The position numbers and the translations under genes were made by a program. DNA of 64,000 nt from Candidatus Bathyarchaeota archaeon (GTDB taxonomy: Archaea; Thermoproteota; Bathyarchaeia; Bathyarchaeales; Bathycorpusculaceae): positions 160,001 through 224,000 of the forward strand of contig CAWHVC010000002.1 in NCBI GenBank assembly GCA_963832745.1. The letters are read 5' to 3'. The notes beneath the pieces were generated by a model. It was not told the DNA's origin. It was given only the letters and a program-made list of their open reading frames with translations, and searched no databases. Positions 28,587 to 39,591 of the stretch are shown here, in pieces. Numbering within the stretch: the stretch's first letter is position 1; every line of letters starts with the position of its first letter.

Positions 28587-31500
28587 ATGCAAACATGCGA
28601 TATTTTGAAGTTAAATAGGATAAAAGGGAAAAATGTGAAAATAAAAAGCGCTTACACGATATTACTTTTAGGTCTTCTGCTACTTGCAACCGTTACAATC
28701 GCAACCAATAATGTCTCAGCTGCAGGTCCAACAACCGTGCTTCTCGGAACAGCTGCTAATTTCTCAGTTTTAGCTGGCTCTGGAATCACTAACACCGGTC
28801 CAACCACAATTTATGGAGATGTTGGCACTTTTCCGACGCCTTCACAGACGGGATTTGGTAGCGTAACTATAATTGGAACCAACCATGTAGACGATGCTGT
28901 CACACAACAAGCCAAAATCGACCTTGTAACCGCTTACAATGATGCTGCTGGAAGAACACCAGTTACTACTGTAGCCACTGAACTCGGTGGAACTACCCTC
29001 GTACCTGGAGTCTACAATTCCGCATCAGGCACTTTTCAAATAACTGGAACAGTGACGCTTGATGGACAAGGTGACCCTAATGCGGTTTTCATTTTCCAGA
29101 TGGCAAGTACACTTGTCACTGCATCATCTAGTGTTGTACTTCTTATAAACGGTACTCACTCTTGCAACGTTTTTTGGCAAGTTGGAAGCTCAGCAACTAT
29201 TGGCACTTCTTCTTCTTTTGTAGGAACAATTTTGGCTTTAACCTCAATCACATTGACTACAGGCGCTACAGTAGATGGCAGAGTATTGGCACGCAATGGC
29301 GCAGTCACAATGGACACTAACACCATTGGCCAAACGGTACATCTTGAAGGCATAACTTTAACCCCTGCGAACGCCACAAACCCTGTTGGTACTAACCACA
29401 CTATCACTGCAACTGTAGCAGGGACAGGCGATCCAGTTCCTAATCGTAACGTCAACTTTACAGTTGTTTCAGGTCCCAACGCAGGATTAACAGGCTCAGC
29501 CATAACTGACAGCAACGGACATGCATCATTTACTTATACGAGCAACTCTCCTGGCACAGATACAATTCAGGCAAGCTTCGAAAACAGTCAAGGCGTGACA
29601 GTTATTTCAAGTCCAGTAACAAAAACTTGGACTCCGCTACCTGGCCCAGCCATAATTGTATCTAAGCAGGTTTCGAGCGATAATGCTACTTGGCTTGACG
29701 CAGATTTGCCACCTGGACTAATAGTCACAGTTGGTTCAAACGTGTATTACCGATTTAACGTGACAAACATTGGCAATGTTCCATTAACTAACGTCAATTT
29801 GACAGACAACACCTACACTTTGAGTGGCGCTTCTGTTCCAACTTTGGCTCCCGGCGAATCTTTTGTCTACTATTATGGTCCTGTTCTTGCTCAGTTAGGT
29901 CTGCATACAAACACTGCAACAGCTTCAGGGCAATCTGATAGTACAGTTATTAGCGATACTGACAACGCAAACTACAATGGCACACCAGAATCTATTCCTT
30001 CAATAAATGTGGTTAAACAGATTTCTGGTGATAACGCTACATGGGTTGACGCAGATTTGCCTCCTGGAATCTCAGTTGTTATTGGCGCAAATGTGTACTA
30101 TAGGTTCAATGTTACAAACACTGGCAATGTTGCATTATCTAATATTACTTTGACTGATAATACGTATGATTTAAGCAGTGCAGTGGTTCCGCCAACTTTG
30201 GCTCCTGGTGCTTCCTTTGTCTACTACTTTGGCCCAATTTCGGCACTATCAGGTCAACACACAAACATTGCAACTGCCACTGGCGAATTTAATAATGTAG
30301 TGGTCAGTGATACTAACAATGCAAACTATAACGGTGTTCCAGTAACAATTGTTTCAATAAATGTGGTTAAACAGATTTCTGGCGACAACAAGACTTGGCT
30401 TGACGCAGATGCTCCACCCGGACTCATTGTCACTATTGGTTCAAACGTTTACTACAAGTTCAATATCACAAACACAGGCAACGTTACATTAACTAATATT
30501 ACTTTGACAGATAACACCTATTGTTTGAAAGGTCTTCACTTACCTTCAAGCTTAGCTCCTGGAGAATCATTTGTCTACTATTTGGGACCAATTACTGCTC
30601 AGTCAGGACAACACACAAACATTGCTACTGCAACAGGTATCTACAATAATGTAACCTACACCGATACAGACAACGCAAACTACAACGGAACCAAGGCCGT
30701 CAAACCTTCAATATGCATAGTCAAATATGTCTCAGTTGATTGCGGCAAAAAATGGTGTGACGCTAACTGTGCGCCAGGTCCAATAATTCAAGCTGGCAAG
30801 AGCGTGTATTTCAAGTTTGAAGTCAAAAACACGGGTAATGTTGCTCTAACTAACATAAGCCTTGCAGACATGCCGTTCATAAACTTCTCAAATGCCAATA
30901 TTCCAACCACCCTTCAACCAGGAAAATCGTTTAAAGTCATCATTGGACCAATATGCGCTGGTTTACTACAAAATTGCGATAAAGCAACAGTAACTGGAAC
31001 CTATGCTAACGTAACATATTCTGACTGTGATGTTGCCAACTATTATGGTTCACTTTGCACCTACACTGCATGCTCATACGCTGGAACTGGCACAGCAGGC
31101 AAACTGCTGAATTGCTATTATAAGACTGCTTTCTGCTCAGGATTGCAAGTCGGCTACTACTATAGTGACTCAGGTTACGGCTATAAGTGGACAAGCGACA
31201 AAGTAAGCAGTTTAAAGGCGTTCCTTAAATGCACTGGGACTAGCGGAATAATAAAATGTGATAAGCTTAACCCTGTAAACACTAAATATGGTGGTGGCAG
31301 CTTAGCTGTTCAAGTAGCAACTTTAACAATAAACATAGCTTACGTAGACTTATCTATAAAATGTATACCAAATGGACTTGGAGATTTACACTACTGCAAA
31401 GCTGGCGATTCACTTAACGGCAAAACAGTATCCGAAATATTAGTTATTGGAAACGGCGTTTTAGGTGGTCAACCATTACCCCAAGGTTACACATACACTT

Positions 31501-31589
31501 CATTAAACAGTTTAATTCAGCATCTGAACGAAGCCTTTGGCAATGGACAACCAACATCGTGGGCAAGAACATACCTAAAAGTAAGCTAA
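28587..31589 (+). CDS. Secreted DUF3494 ice-binding-like protein with an Ig-like domain, four ~118-aa repeats and a Cys-rich C-terminal domain
   Basis: Signal peptide; LGTAANFSVLAGSGITNTGPT..LVPGVY..LDGQGDPNAVFIFQ..NVFWQVGSSAT..GRVLARNGAVTMDTN; repeats with YRFNVTNTGNV. Confidence 0.9.
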   Translation: MQTCDILKLNRIKGKNVKIKSAYTILLLGLLLLATVTIATNNVSAAGPTTVLLGTAANFSVLAGSGITNTGPTTIYGDVGTFPTPSQTGFGSVTIIGTNHVDDAVTQQAKIDLVTAYNDAAGRTPVTTVATELGGTTLVPGVYNSASGTFQITGTVTLDGQGDPNAVFIFQMASTLVTASSSVVLLINGTHSCNVFWQVGSSATIGTSSSFVGTILALTSITLTTGATVDGRVLARNGAVTMDTNTIGQTVHLEGITLTPANATNPVGTNHTITATVAGTGDPVPNRNVNFTVVSGPNAGLTGSAITDSNGHASFTYTSNSPGTDTIQASFENSQGVTVISSPVTKTWTPLPGPAIIVSKQVSSDNATWLDADLPPGLIVTVGSNVYYRFNVTNIGNVPLTNVNLTDNTYTLSGASVPTLAPGESFVYYYGPVLAQLGLHTNTATASGQSDSTVISDTDNANYNGTPESIPSINVVKQISGDNATWVDADLPPGISVVIGANVYYRFNVTNTGNVALSNITLTDNTYDLSSAVVPPTLAPGASFVYYFGPISALSGQHTNIATATGEFNNVVVSDTNNANYNGVPVTIVSINVVKQISGDNKTWLDADAPPGLIVTIGSNVYYKFNITNTGNVTLTNITLTDNTYCLKGLHLPSSLAPGESFVYYLGPITAQSGQHTNIATATGIYNNVTYTDTDNANYNGTKAVKPSICIVKYVSVDCGKKWCDANCAPGPIIQAGKSVYFKFEVKNTGNVALTNISLADMPFINFSNANIPTTLQPGKSFKVIIGPICAGLLQNCDKATVTGTYANVTYSDCDVANYYGSLCTYTACSYAGTGTAGKLLNCYYKTAFCSGLQVGYYYSDSGYGYKWTSDKVSSLKAFLKCTGTSGIIKCDKLNPVNTKYGGGSLAVQVATLTINIAYVDLSIKCIPNGLGDLHYCKAGDSLNGKTVSEILVIGNGVLGGQPLPQGYTYTSLNSLIQHLNEAFGNGQPTSWARTYLKVS
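29649..31050 (+). repeat. Four tandem intragenic domain repeats, period 351-354 bp
   Basis: Units start at 29649, 30000, 30354 and 30708; units 2 and 3 both begin tcaataaatgtggttaaacagatttctgg. Confidence 0.9.
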
Positions 31590-31697
31590 ACATGCCCTAT
31601 CTCTATCCACCCTTTTTCTTTTTTTAATTTTTCTAAAAACTTTCTATTATTTTTTAAAAAAGAGATTGCCCTCGTGTCTTAGAGGGTTAAAAGTGCC

Positions 31698-32516
31698 TTA
31701 TTTTATGTTTTTAGCAGTTGCCGCTTTCAAATTGCTTGCGGTCATTTTCAATTCTTCAAGCATCAAGTTCTCCTTGCGCTGATTTTTAGTAATTATGTTT
31801 ATGAATGCGCTGCCTACGATTGCTCCGTCTGCGCCTGCTTTTATGACCCGCTGGACATGCTCAGGTTTGGATATGCCAAAACCGACAGCTAACGGAATTT
31901 TTCCTGCCGTGAAGGGTTGAACACGCTGTATCAGTTGTAGTGTTGAGTCTTCTATTGAGGATTTTGCGCCTGTAACGCCGAAACGTGAAACCAAATACAG
32001 AAAGCCTGAGGATGCCGCCACGATTTTCGGTAAACGCTCGTTTGATGTTGACGGTGCTGCAAGAAATATAGTGTTTAAGCCTTTTGTGTCTGCGGTTGTT
32101 TTGAAGTCGGCTGCTTCTTCAACTGGCAAGTCGGGCACGATGAAACCGTCCACTTTGTGCTCTTTAGCTGCGCCCAAGAACTTGTCAAGGCCAATACGGA
32201 ACACTGGGTTGTAGTACGTCATGATGACTATTGGCACGTCATGTTCTGCTTTGATTTGTTTGGCGATTTCCAGCACTTTCATTGGTGTGGTACCGGCGTT
32301 TAGTGCGCGTAGGCTTGCTGCTTGAATTGTTGGACCGTCAGCAATCGGGTCGGAGAACGGCAACCCTAACTCAAGGATATCTACGCCGCCTCTGATTAGT
32401 GCCTCCGCAATCTTGGGCGTCGCGTCAGGCGTTGGGTCTCCAGCCATAATGTAGCCAATCAGGCAGCCGTACCCGTTTTTGTTATTGTTTTGAAAAACTT
32501 GGTTTATGCTGTTCAT
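31698..32516 (-). CDS. trpA: Tryptophan synthase alpha chain
   Basis: [29 protein letters not shown]. Confidence 0.97.
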   Translation of the reverse strand: MNSINQVFQNNNKNGYGCLIGYIMAGDPTPDATPKIAEALIRGGVDILELGLPFSDPIADGPTIQAASLRALNAGTTPMKVLEIAKQIKAEHDVPIVIMTYYNPVFRIGLDKFLGAAKEHKVDGFIVPDLPVEEAADFKTTADTKGLNTIFLAAPSTSNERLPKIVAASSGFLYLVSRFGVTGAKSSIEDSTLQLIQRVQPFTAGKIPLAVGFGISKPEHVQRVIKAGADGAIVGSAFINIITKNQRKENLMLEELKMTASNLKAATAKNIK

Positions 32517-33709
32517 ATTTTCGCACCTATGTAATCAGCTATTGTTTCCACATCCTTGTCACCGCGTCCCGAGAGGGTGACAATGATGGATTGGTTTTTG
32601 CTCATTTTTGGGGCAATCTTGATTGCATGCGCAAGGGCATGGGATGATTCAAGCGCGGGTAAGATGCCTTCGGTTTTGCAGAGCAACAGAAAAGCGTCTA
32701 CGGCTTCTTTGTCTGTGGCTGAAGCGTATTCGGCGCGTTTCATGGTTTTTAGGAAGGAATGTTCAGGGCCAACTCCCGGGTAATCAAGGCCCGCGGAGAT
32801 GCTTGTTGTGTTACGGATTTGCCCATTATCGTCCTGCAGGATGTATGTATGCATGCCATGGAAGACTCCTTCGTAGCCTGCCGCGAGAGTGGCTGCGTGT
32901 TTGCCCGTTTCTACGCCTTCACCAGCTGCTTCAACCCCGACGAGTTTGACTTCTAAGTCGTCTTCAAATGGGTAGAATGTGCCCATAGCATTGCTTCCGC
33001 CGCCAACACAAGCAACCAACGCGTCTGGCAGTTTGCCCTCTTTTTCATGGAACTGCTTTTTGATTTCTTTTCCGATTACACTTTGGAAGTCCCGAACCAT
33101 CATCGGGTAAGGATGAGGACCCATAGTGGTGCCGATAAGGTAGTAGGTTGACTCCACGTTTGTTGCCCAATCACGAAAAGCCTCGTTAATTGAGTCCTTA
33201 AGCGTTTTAGAACCAGCCTCAACAGGGTGCACTTGGGCATCTAAGAGTTTCATGCGAAAAACGTTGAGTCTTTGACGTTCGCAGTCTTCTGTTCCCATGT
33301 AGATTTCAGCTTTCAAACCCAAAGCGGCACATGCGATGGCGGTGGCTACTCCGTGTTGACCTGCTCCAGTTTCAGCGATAACGCGGGTTTTACCCATGCG
33401 TTTAGCAAGCAGTGCCTGTCCAAGGGTGTTGTTGATTTTGTGTGCTCCGCCGTGTGCGAGGTCTTCTCGTTTTAGGTAAATTTTTGCTCCGCTCAGTTTG
33501 CGTGTTAAGTTTTCCGCGAGGTAGAGCGGTGTTGGTCTGCCCACGAAGTCGGCGAGGTAATAGTCGAGTTGTTTTTGGAATTCTGGATCCTTTTTAGCTT
33601 GGTCATAGGCGGCTTCCAGTTCGTTAACTGCTTCCATCAAAATTTCTGGAACGTATCTGCCGCCGAATTTTCCAAACTTCCCATCTACTGGGTAATTGCT
33701 TATTTTCAT
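32513..33709 (-). CDS. trpB: Tryptophan synthase beta chain (TrpB1)
   Basis: [37 protein letters not shown]. Confidence 0.98.
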   Translation of the reverse strand: MKISNYPVDGKFGKFGGRYVPEILMEAVNELEAAYDQAKKDPEFQKQLDYYLADFVGRPTPLYLAENLTRKLSGAKIYLKREDLAHGGAHKINNTLGQALLAKRMGKTRVIAETGAGQHGVATAIACAALGLKAEIYMGTEDCERQRLNVFRMKLLDAQVHPVEAGSKTLKDSINEAFRDWATNVESTYYLIGTTMGPHPYPMMVRDFQSVIGKEIKKQFHEKEGKLPDALVACVGGGSNAMGTFYPFEDDLEVKLVGVEAAGEGVETGKHAATLAAGYEGVFHGMHTYILQDDNGQIRNTTSISAGLDYPGVGPEHSFLKTMKRAEYASATDKEAVDAFLLLCKTEGILPALESSHALAHAIKIAPKMSKNQSIIVTLSGRGDKDVETIADYIGAKI

Positions 33710-34482
33710 GCGTTTACAAACTCCCTAACTTTTTCTTCCACATTTTCTGTTAACATTATACTTGAGCCGATAAGAAACGCGGAAGCGCCTGCCTCACTAA
33801 GAAACCGTAGGTCTTCTGGCGTGCTGATTCCGCTTTCACTTACGACAACTAAATCTTCAAAACTGTTATTTTTGAGAATTTTTTTCGTTGTGTTTAAGTC
33901 TATTTTTAGGTCTGCGAGGTTTCGGTTGTTTATGCCAATTATGTCAGCGTTGGTTTTTTTGGCTGCTCGGAATTCTTCTTCTGTGTGCACTTCAAGCAGA
34001 ACCTCCAAACCTTTAGTGTGCACAAGTGTTATCATGTTATCAAGGTCTAATTGGGCGTAGCCGCGGTCGTAAAGTGCTTTAATCAGCAGTACTGCGTCTG
34101 CTCCAATGTAGTTTGCAGCATTGATTTGCACATGACTTAAGATTATGTCTTTCATTAAAATTGGAAGCTTTACTGCCCTACGAACATCTGCAAGTGTGTC
34201 TGTTGAACCTTTGAAGTGTTTTGGTTCTGTTAAGACTGATATTGCTGTTGCTCCACCTTTCTCCATGGATTTAGCGATTTCTGTTGGGTCCATGTTTTCT
34301 CGTATAACTCCAAGGGTTGGTGAAGCTGGCTTAATTTCGGTTATTATTGGGTTTCTGTTGCATTCAAGGATTGCTTTTTTGAGGCTTAAGTGCTGGCTTG
34401 GTGTAGGCTTAAACAGGTCATAATATCCACTGTCAATGGTTACTTGCGCGTCAAAGCCTAAAGTATCAAAGAAGTCACTCAC
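33706..34482 (-). CDS. trpC: Indole-3-glycerol phosphate synthase
   Basis: [30 protein letters not shown]. Confidence 0.96.
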   Translation of the reverse strand: MSDFFDTLGFDAQVTIDSGYYDLFKPTPSQHLSLKKAILECNRNPIITEIKPASPTLGVIRENMDPTEIAKSMEKGGATAISVLTEPKHFKGSTDTLADVRRAVKLPILMKDIILSHVQINAANYIGADAVLLIKALYDRGYAQLDLDNMITLVHTKGLEVLLEVHTEEEFRAAKKTNADIIGINNRNLADLKIDLNTTKKILKNNSFEDLVVVSESGISTPEDLRFLSEAGASAFLIGSSIMLTENVEEKVREFVNA

Positions 34483-35530
34483 TTTTTTCTATCTCCTCAA
34501 GAGTCTGTAAGCTACCACCAGAAACGCTGATTAACTCTTTTAGTTTACCGTAAGCTGCACCGGTTACGATGGATTTTTTGGCGATTTTCATAGCCTCTTT
34601 GAAATCGTCTGCTTTGCCACCCACAATAATCCCCGCTGCACTATTCACTAAAACCATCTCTGCTTTGGGGTCACTTAGGTTTTTGCCTGAAAGTATACTG
34701 TAAATGGTTCGGGCGCTCTCTTCAGAACTGGAAACTTTTAAGTCGGCAGCTTCTGCTTGCCTTACCCCAAAAAACTCTGGACCAACCTCAAGTTCGTGAA
34801 CTATGCCCTGTTTTAAATGTGCAATCTTTGTTTTGCCCAACGTTGAGATTTCATCTAACCCATCTAAGCCATGAACCACCATTGCTTCTTCACAGCCCAA
34901 CTTGTTTAGCGTGTTAGCTAAGGGTACCGTAAGTTTGGGGTCATAAACTCCAAGCAGCTGTCCTTTGGCGCTTGCCGGGTTCGTTAATGGTCCCAGAATG
35001 TTGAAGACGGTGCGTATGCCAATTTCTTTGCGTGGCTGGGCTGCAAACTTCATGGCTGGATGAAACGCCTGCGCAAACATGAAGCCGACCCCTATTTTTT
35101 CAATTGCCATTTGGACTGCTTCGGGTGTCATGGTAAGGTTTAGTCCCAGCTTTTCCAGCACGTCAGCGCTGCCACTTTTGCTGGTAACTGCACGATTTCC
35201 ATGCTTGGCAACTGGAATTCCTGCACCTGCAATAACAAATGCTGCTGCAGTGCTTACGTTAAATGTTTTGATTTTATCTCCACCTGTCCCGCAAGTGTCA
35301 ACAAGCCTGCTTCTCACGTTGGGTTTGATTTGTCTGCATTGGCTCCTCATTACGCTGGCAAAAGCGATGAGTTCTTCCACTGATTCGCCTTTGATTCGTA
35401 ATGCCGTTAAGAAAGCACCTGTTTGGGCACTCGTGGCTTGTCCCGTCATGACTTCTTGCATGACTTGTGATGCTTCTTCAAGAGAGAGGTCTTTGCCCTC
35501 GATTAGTTTTTGAATGAACTCGCGTATCAT
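34475..35530 (-). CDS. trpD: Anthranilate phosphoribosyltransferase
   Basis: DTCGTGGD, FNVST, AKHGNR, RTVFNILGPLTNP. Confidence 0.97.
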   Translation of the reverse strand: MIREFIQKLIEGKDLSLEEASQVMQEVMTGQATSAQTGAFLTALRIKGESVEELIAFASVMRSQCRQIKPNVRSRLVDTCGTGGDKIKTFNVSTAAAFVIAGAGIPVAKHGNRAVTSKSGSADVLEKLGLNLTMTPEAVQMAIEKIGVGFMFAQAFHPAMKFAAQPRKEIGIRTVFNILGPLTNPASAKGQLLGVYDPKLTVPLANTLNKLGCEEAMVVHGLDGLDEISTLGKTKIAHLKQGIVHELEVGPEFFGVRQAEAADLKVSSSEESARTIYSILSGKNLSDPKAEMVLVNSAAGIIVGGKADDFKEAMKIAKKSIVTGAAYGKLKELISVSGGSLQTLEEIEKSE

Positions 35531-36114
35531 AGGTTTTTGCCTTCAATGAAGTTGCGTATGATTGTTTTGCCGTCTTGGCATAGAATTGATTCTGGGTGGA
35601 ATTGGACGCCGTAAATGGGGTATTTGACGTGGCGTATGCCCATGATTTCGCCGTCATCGGCTGCTTCAGCTGTGATTTTGAGGCAATCTGGGATTGAATC
35701 GCGTTCACCTGCAAGGGAATGGTAGCGTGTGGCTGAGAAGGGGTTGCGTACGCCTGTGAAGAGTGCTTTGCCGTCGTGGTTGATTATGCAGGTTTTGCCA
35801 TGCATGAGCTTTTTGGCGTGAACCACTTTTCCTCCATAGGTGTGAATTATTCCCTGATGCCCAAGGCAAACGCCGAGCGTGGGGATGTTGTGGCTCATGG
35901 TTTGCAAGATGGCTTTACAGACGCCAAAGAATTTTTCGTCTTCAGGATTGCCTGGTCCTGGTGAGATTACGATGCGGTCAGGCTTCAGTTTGGTGAGTTC
36001 TTGTAGGTTGGTTTGGTCATTACGGAAAACCACTGTTTCCGCTCCAAGTTCGCCAATGTATTGTACGAGGTTGTAGACGAATGAATCGTAATTATCAATA
36101 ACAAGAACCTTCAC
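35527..36114 (-). CDS. trpG: Anthranilate synthase component II (glutamine amidotransferase)
   Basis: IDNYDSF, ISPGPG, GVCLGHQ, GVQFHPES. Confidence 0.97.
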   Translation of the reverse strand: MKVLVIDNYDSFVYNLVQYIGELGAETVVFRNDQTNLQELTKLKPDRIVISPGPGNPEDEKFFGVCKAILQTMSHNIPTLGVCLGHQGIIHTYGGKVVHAKKLMHGKTCIINHDGKALFTGVRNPFSATRYHSLAGERDSIPDCLKITAEAADDGEIMGIRHVKYPIYGVQFHPESILCQDGKTIIRNFIEGKNL

Positions 36115-36115
36115 G

Positions 36116-37519
36116 TTAGGTGCCTCCTACGTTTTCGAGCGCTTTCATTAGGGCTTTGGCTTTGTTTTCAGTTTCAAACCACTCGCGTTCAGGAACAGAA
36201 TCCGCAACAATTCCTGCCCCTGCTTGAATGTAGGCTTGTTTCCTTGTCAGCGAACAGTGTACGGATTGTTATGGCGAAGTCTGCATTGCCATTGTACGAG
36301 AAGTAGCCTACTGCGCCAGCATAAGGTCCGCGTTGTGAAGGTTCTAACTCGTCAATGATTTCCATTGCGCGAACCTTTGGTGCTCCCGAAACTGTGCCTG
36401 CTGGGAAGACCGAGCGTAAAGCGTCAAAACTTTCAAGTTCATCCCGAAGTTCGCCGACTACTTGGGAAACAATATGCTGTACGTGACTGTACTGGTGAAC
36501 TTTCATGAATTCGGGTACACGTACGCTTCCGTACTTGGAGATTCTTCCAACGTCGTTGCGTGCAAGGTCAACAAGCATGACGTGTTCGGCACGTTCTTTG
36601 GGGTCAGAGAGTAGTTCGTGAGCTAAGCGGCTGTTTTCTGTTTCATCTGTCGCAATTTGGGTGGTTCCCGCAATAGGAAAGGTTTCTACCATGCGGTTGT
36701 CAACGCGAACAAGCATTTCGGGGCTTGAGCCAACAATTTGCCGTTCGCCAGCCTTGTAGTAGTACATGTAAGGGGACGGGTTAATGCGCCTTAGAGCCTG
36801 ATAGAACGGAATCAGGTTACCTTCGGTTTGGAACTGATAACGTTTAGAGAGGACAACTTGGAAAATGTCGCCTGCCGTTACATAGTCTTTGGCTTTCTCC
36901 ACCGCTTTCTCGAAATGGTCTTTTGAAAAGTTTACCTGCGGCTCAGAAACCGTTAACTCGCTATTGTCGGCGGGTTTTTGGAGTAGCTTCTCAACTTCCG
37001 CCTGCCGGTTCTCTTCTTGATAATAGTAAAGCGCCAACTGTTGGGTGTGGTCGAAGATGAAGCCGTCATCGTAAATGCCCATTTCAACCTCTGGAAATTC
37101 CAAGTCACCCTTTGGTTGGGGCAGTTTTTCCCAGTACCTCACAGCATCGTATGAAATGTAGCCTACTGCTCCCCCAACAAGCCGGAACTCGCGGTTGTGG
37201 ACTGCTTTGGGTTTTAGGATTTCTTGGATCAGGTTTAGCGGGTCGTTGGTTTTTTCTGTGGTTTTTTCGCCTGTTTGTTCGTTGCTGATTGTGGTTTGAC
37301 CATTTTTGGCTTGAAATGTCATTGTTGGCTCAAAGCCGATGAATGAGTATTGGGCTAGCTTTTTTGGTCCTTCGATGGATTCTAGGAAGTATGCGTTTTT
37401 GTAGTGGCTTTGGAGTTTTGAAAAGATTTCGAAGGGTTGTTGGGTGTAGGAGGCTTTCTTGTAAGTTATTGGGTGTGCTTGTTTAGTTGTTTGTGTTGTT
37501 TTGGGCGTTTGTGCGCCAA
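36116..37519 (-). pseudogene. trpE: Anthranilate synthase component I, frameshifted near both ends (real lesions or sequence errors)
   Basis: AYFLESIEG..YSFIG lies in frame upstream of 37322 but the RBS-linked TTG (37517-37519) is out of frame; the C-terminal [19 protein letters not shown] (stop at 36116) is shifted by one base near 36240. Confidence 0.88.
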
Positions 37520-37613
37520 AGGCAATTCCTCATTTTGTAGTGCTCCTATCAGTTCAGAAGCATACAGCAATGTTTTATTTAAGGCTTGTTTGTACATTAA
37601 TGTACGTTTGCAG

Positions 37614-37937
37614 TTAATAGCGATTTAACATGCTGTTCATCCAATCAAAATACTCCTTAGAACTATCAACAATAGGAACAGCAACCACTTCAGGCACCTC
37701 ATAACTATGCAAAGCTCTAACACGCTCCTCCAAATCCCTAAACAAGTCAGCCCGGGACTTCATAATCATCACATACTCTTCCTGGTAATCGATTTTTCCA
37801 TTCCAATGGAAATGCGAAGCCACGGGGCCAATAATGTTAGCGCAAGCAATCAAACGTTCATTTAATAGGGTTTTAGCGATTTTCTCTGCTTCCATCTTGT
37901 TTGATGTTGTAACGTAAACCATGACAAAGCCGTTCAT
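37614..37937 (-). CDS. cutA: Divalent-cation tolerance protein CutA
   Basis: ERLIACANI, HSYEVPEVVAVP. Confidence 0.93.
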   Translation of the reverse strand: MNGFVMVYVTTSNKMEAEKIAKTLLNERLIACANIIGPVASHFHWNGKIDYQEEYVMIMKSRADLFRDLEERVRALHSYEVPEVVAVPIVDSSKEYFDWMNSMLNRY

Positions 37938-38055
37938 GTCTTGAAAACCTCACGTTATCCATATTTTTGTTTTCGGGGCATTAAACTGTTTTGTTTCTGT
38001 GTAAAACAGATTTAAGCTTCCCTGAATACATAGTTAGCATAGAAGGGATTTTGTC

Positions 38056-38556
38056 GTGAAAGAGGAACAGTTAAACATTTTAAAATTAATGAGCCAAGTC
38101 ACAAACCGCATGGACTTAACCATGTTTGCCCAAAAAGTCAACCTTGACCCTCAAGAAGCCATGGCAAATGTGCAAGAACTTGCGCATAAAGGTTTAGTGC
38201 GCAAAACTGGCAGCGGTTACGGCGTAACTGAGAAAGGCAAAGCGGCAATCAAAGCCTTCACGCCAGTGCCAGAAGACAAAAGTTTCCACTTCTATACCGG
38301 AATCGGTTATCCAACAGTTTACATTGCACAAAGCCTCTCCGACTTTTATGGTATTGCACGGCAAATTGGCGAAGACAGCCTTGAATTTCATTTATCACGT
38401 GGCGACTTTTCTAAATGGGTGGATGATGTTCTTGTTGACTGTGAATTGGCTGAAAAAATCGAAGACATAAAAAAAGCTAATCCAAAATGTGATGCAATTA
38501 GGAAAGAGCTCCTAAAAGCAATTGACCAAAAATATAGCCTCAAAGACTTACTTTAA
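38056..38556 (+). CDS. wHTH plus DUF5752-like domain protein
   Basis: N-terminal HTH (YGVTEKG); FHFYTGIG..SLEFHLSRGDFSKW. Confidence 0.75.
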   Translation: MKEEQLNILKLMSQVTNRMDLTMFAQKVNLDPQEAMANVQELAHKGLVRKTGSGYGVTEKGKAAIKAFTPVPEDKSFHFYTGIGYPTVYIAQSLSDFYGIARQIGEDSLEFHLSRGDFSKWVDDVLVDCELAEKIEDIKKANPKCDAIRKELLKAIDQKYSLKDLL

Positions 38557-39024
38557 TTTGAGTTCTTCTTCCAGCTTCTTGCGCCACTCTGGGACTCGTA
38601 TCTCTGTTTTGCTGTCCCATAAATCGTAGGGTTTAATATCTAACACTGGGCTGCCATCATAAGCATCCAAACCCCGTACTGTCAGAGTGGGGCCTTCAAT
38701 TTTAAGCAACTCAACAACTGTTAAGCCAATCTGGTTTGGCCGTAGACTAGTGCGGGTTGCATATACCCCTACAAGCGGTAAATCAGACATGCCTCTTGGA
38801 TGAACCTTAAATGGCAAACTCTCTCTGTTCACTTCGTTGAGGTAAAAAAGCACCATTACATGTGAAAACTCTGCCAACCCATCCAATGCTTCTGCGAGGT
38901 TTTCTCGGAGTTCAATTGTTGAGATTGCTTTACGTTTGTGTACTTCTTCTTTTTCTGCGTTGGTTTTAACAAAACCTATTGGTTGTAATACAATTGGTTG
39001 ATTGAAATCCATAGTATTCAACAA
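38548..39024 (-). CDS. tsaA: tRNA (N6-threonylcarbamoyladenosine(37)-N6)-methyltransferase TrmO/TsaA family
   Basis: PIGFV, GVYATRTSLRPNQIGL, GLDAYDGSPVLDIKPY. Confidence 0.9.
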   Translation of the reverse strand: MLNTMDFNQPIVLQPIGFVKTNAEKEEVHKRKAISTIELRENLAEALDGLAEFSHVMVLFYLNEVNRESLPFKVHPRGMSDLPLVGVYATRTSLRPNQIGLTVVELLKIEGPTLTVRGLDAYDGSPVLDIKPYDLWDSKTEIRVPEWRKKLEEELKLK

Positions 39025-39129
39025 CCCCTAAGTTGTGGTTAACCTATAAAGCAGTTTCCCAAAACAGCAGTTTCACCATATTTTGAGTTGATTTTCAGTC
39101 ACAAGCGTCTAACCCCTCTTGGTTTCTAT

Positions 39130-39181
39130 CTACCCTCTATAGGTTTCTGCATAGAACCTCTAATAGCATCCTAATAGGCTG
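39130..39181 (+). repeat. Dispersed intergenic repeat, copy 4
   Basis: ctaccctctataggtttctgcatagaacctctaatagcatcctaataggctg. Confidence 0.85.
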
Positions 39182-39223
39182 ATCAAGCTGGTCCTCTTTA
39201 CAAGAGTTTCGACTACAAGGGTC

Positions 39224-39364
39224 TTAATGCATGGCAACCGGTGCTTTTAGCACGTTTTCTATGTATTGTGCGTCCTCTTTGCTCCCATCATTTAGAGGTG
39301 TTAATGTTATTTCTTCTGCTGATTTAACCCCAAAACCCATGTCTAAAGCCGATTTCAGCTGATC
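39224..39364 (-). pseudogene. Displaced duplicate of the 3' end of the DUF362 gene (41679..41819)
   Basis: DQLKSALDMGFGVKSAEEITLTPLNDGSKEDAQYIENVLKAPVAMH versus DQLKRAAELGFGVKSAEEITLTPLNSESQEDAQRIENVLKAPIAIH; 37 bp identical core. Confidence 0.9.
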
Positions 39365-39591
39365 CCAGCAAAAACACCGCATCCTTTCCGAATTTGCCCT
39401 GAGCCCCGTATTTGACTTGCGCAATGGGTTTCTGTGTCTTTTAAAATGTAATTGACTCTTAAAGAAGCTTTTTTGACTATTTCGGCAACATATCAGTTGT
39501 CCTATAATTTAGTACATGCGTACTAAACTATAGAGTTAAGTAAAATTTTTGAACATATTTTTTCAGGGTGAGAGAGTTTATCGCATCAAAA

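Noticed and set aside
37437-37628. trp leader peptide or attenuator
   Set aside because: The short out-of-frame peptide from the TTG (MAHKRPKQHKQLNKHTQ) has no Trp and no terminator hairpin was seen; the + strand ORF is antisense.
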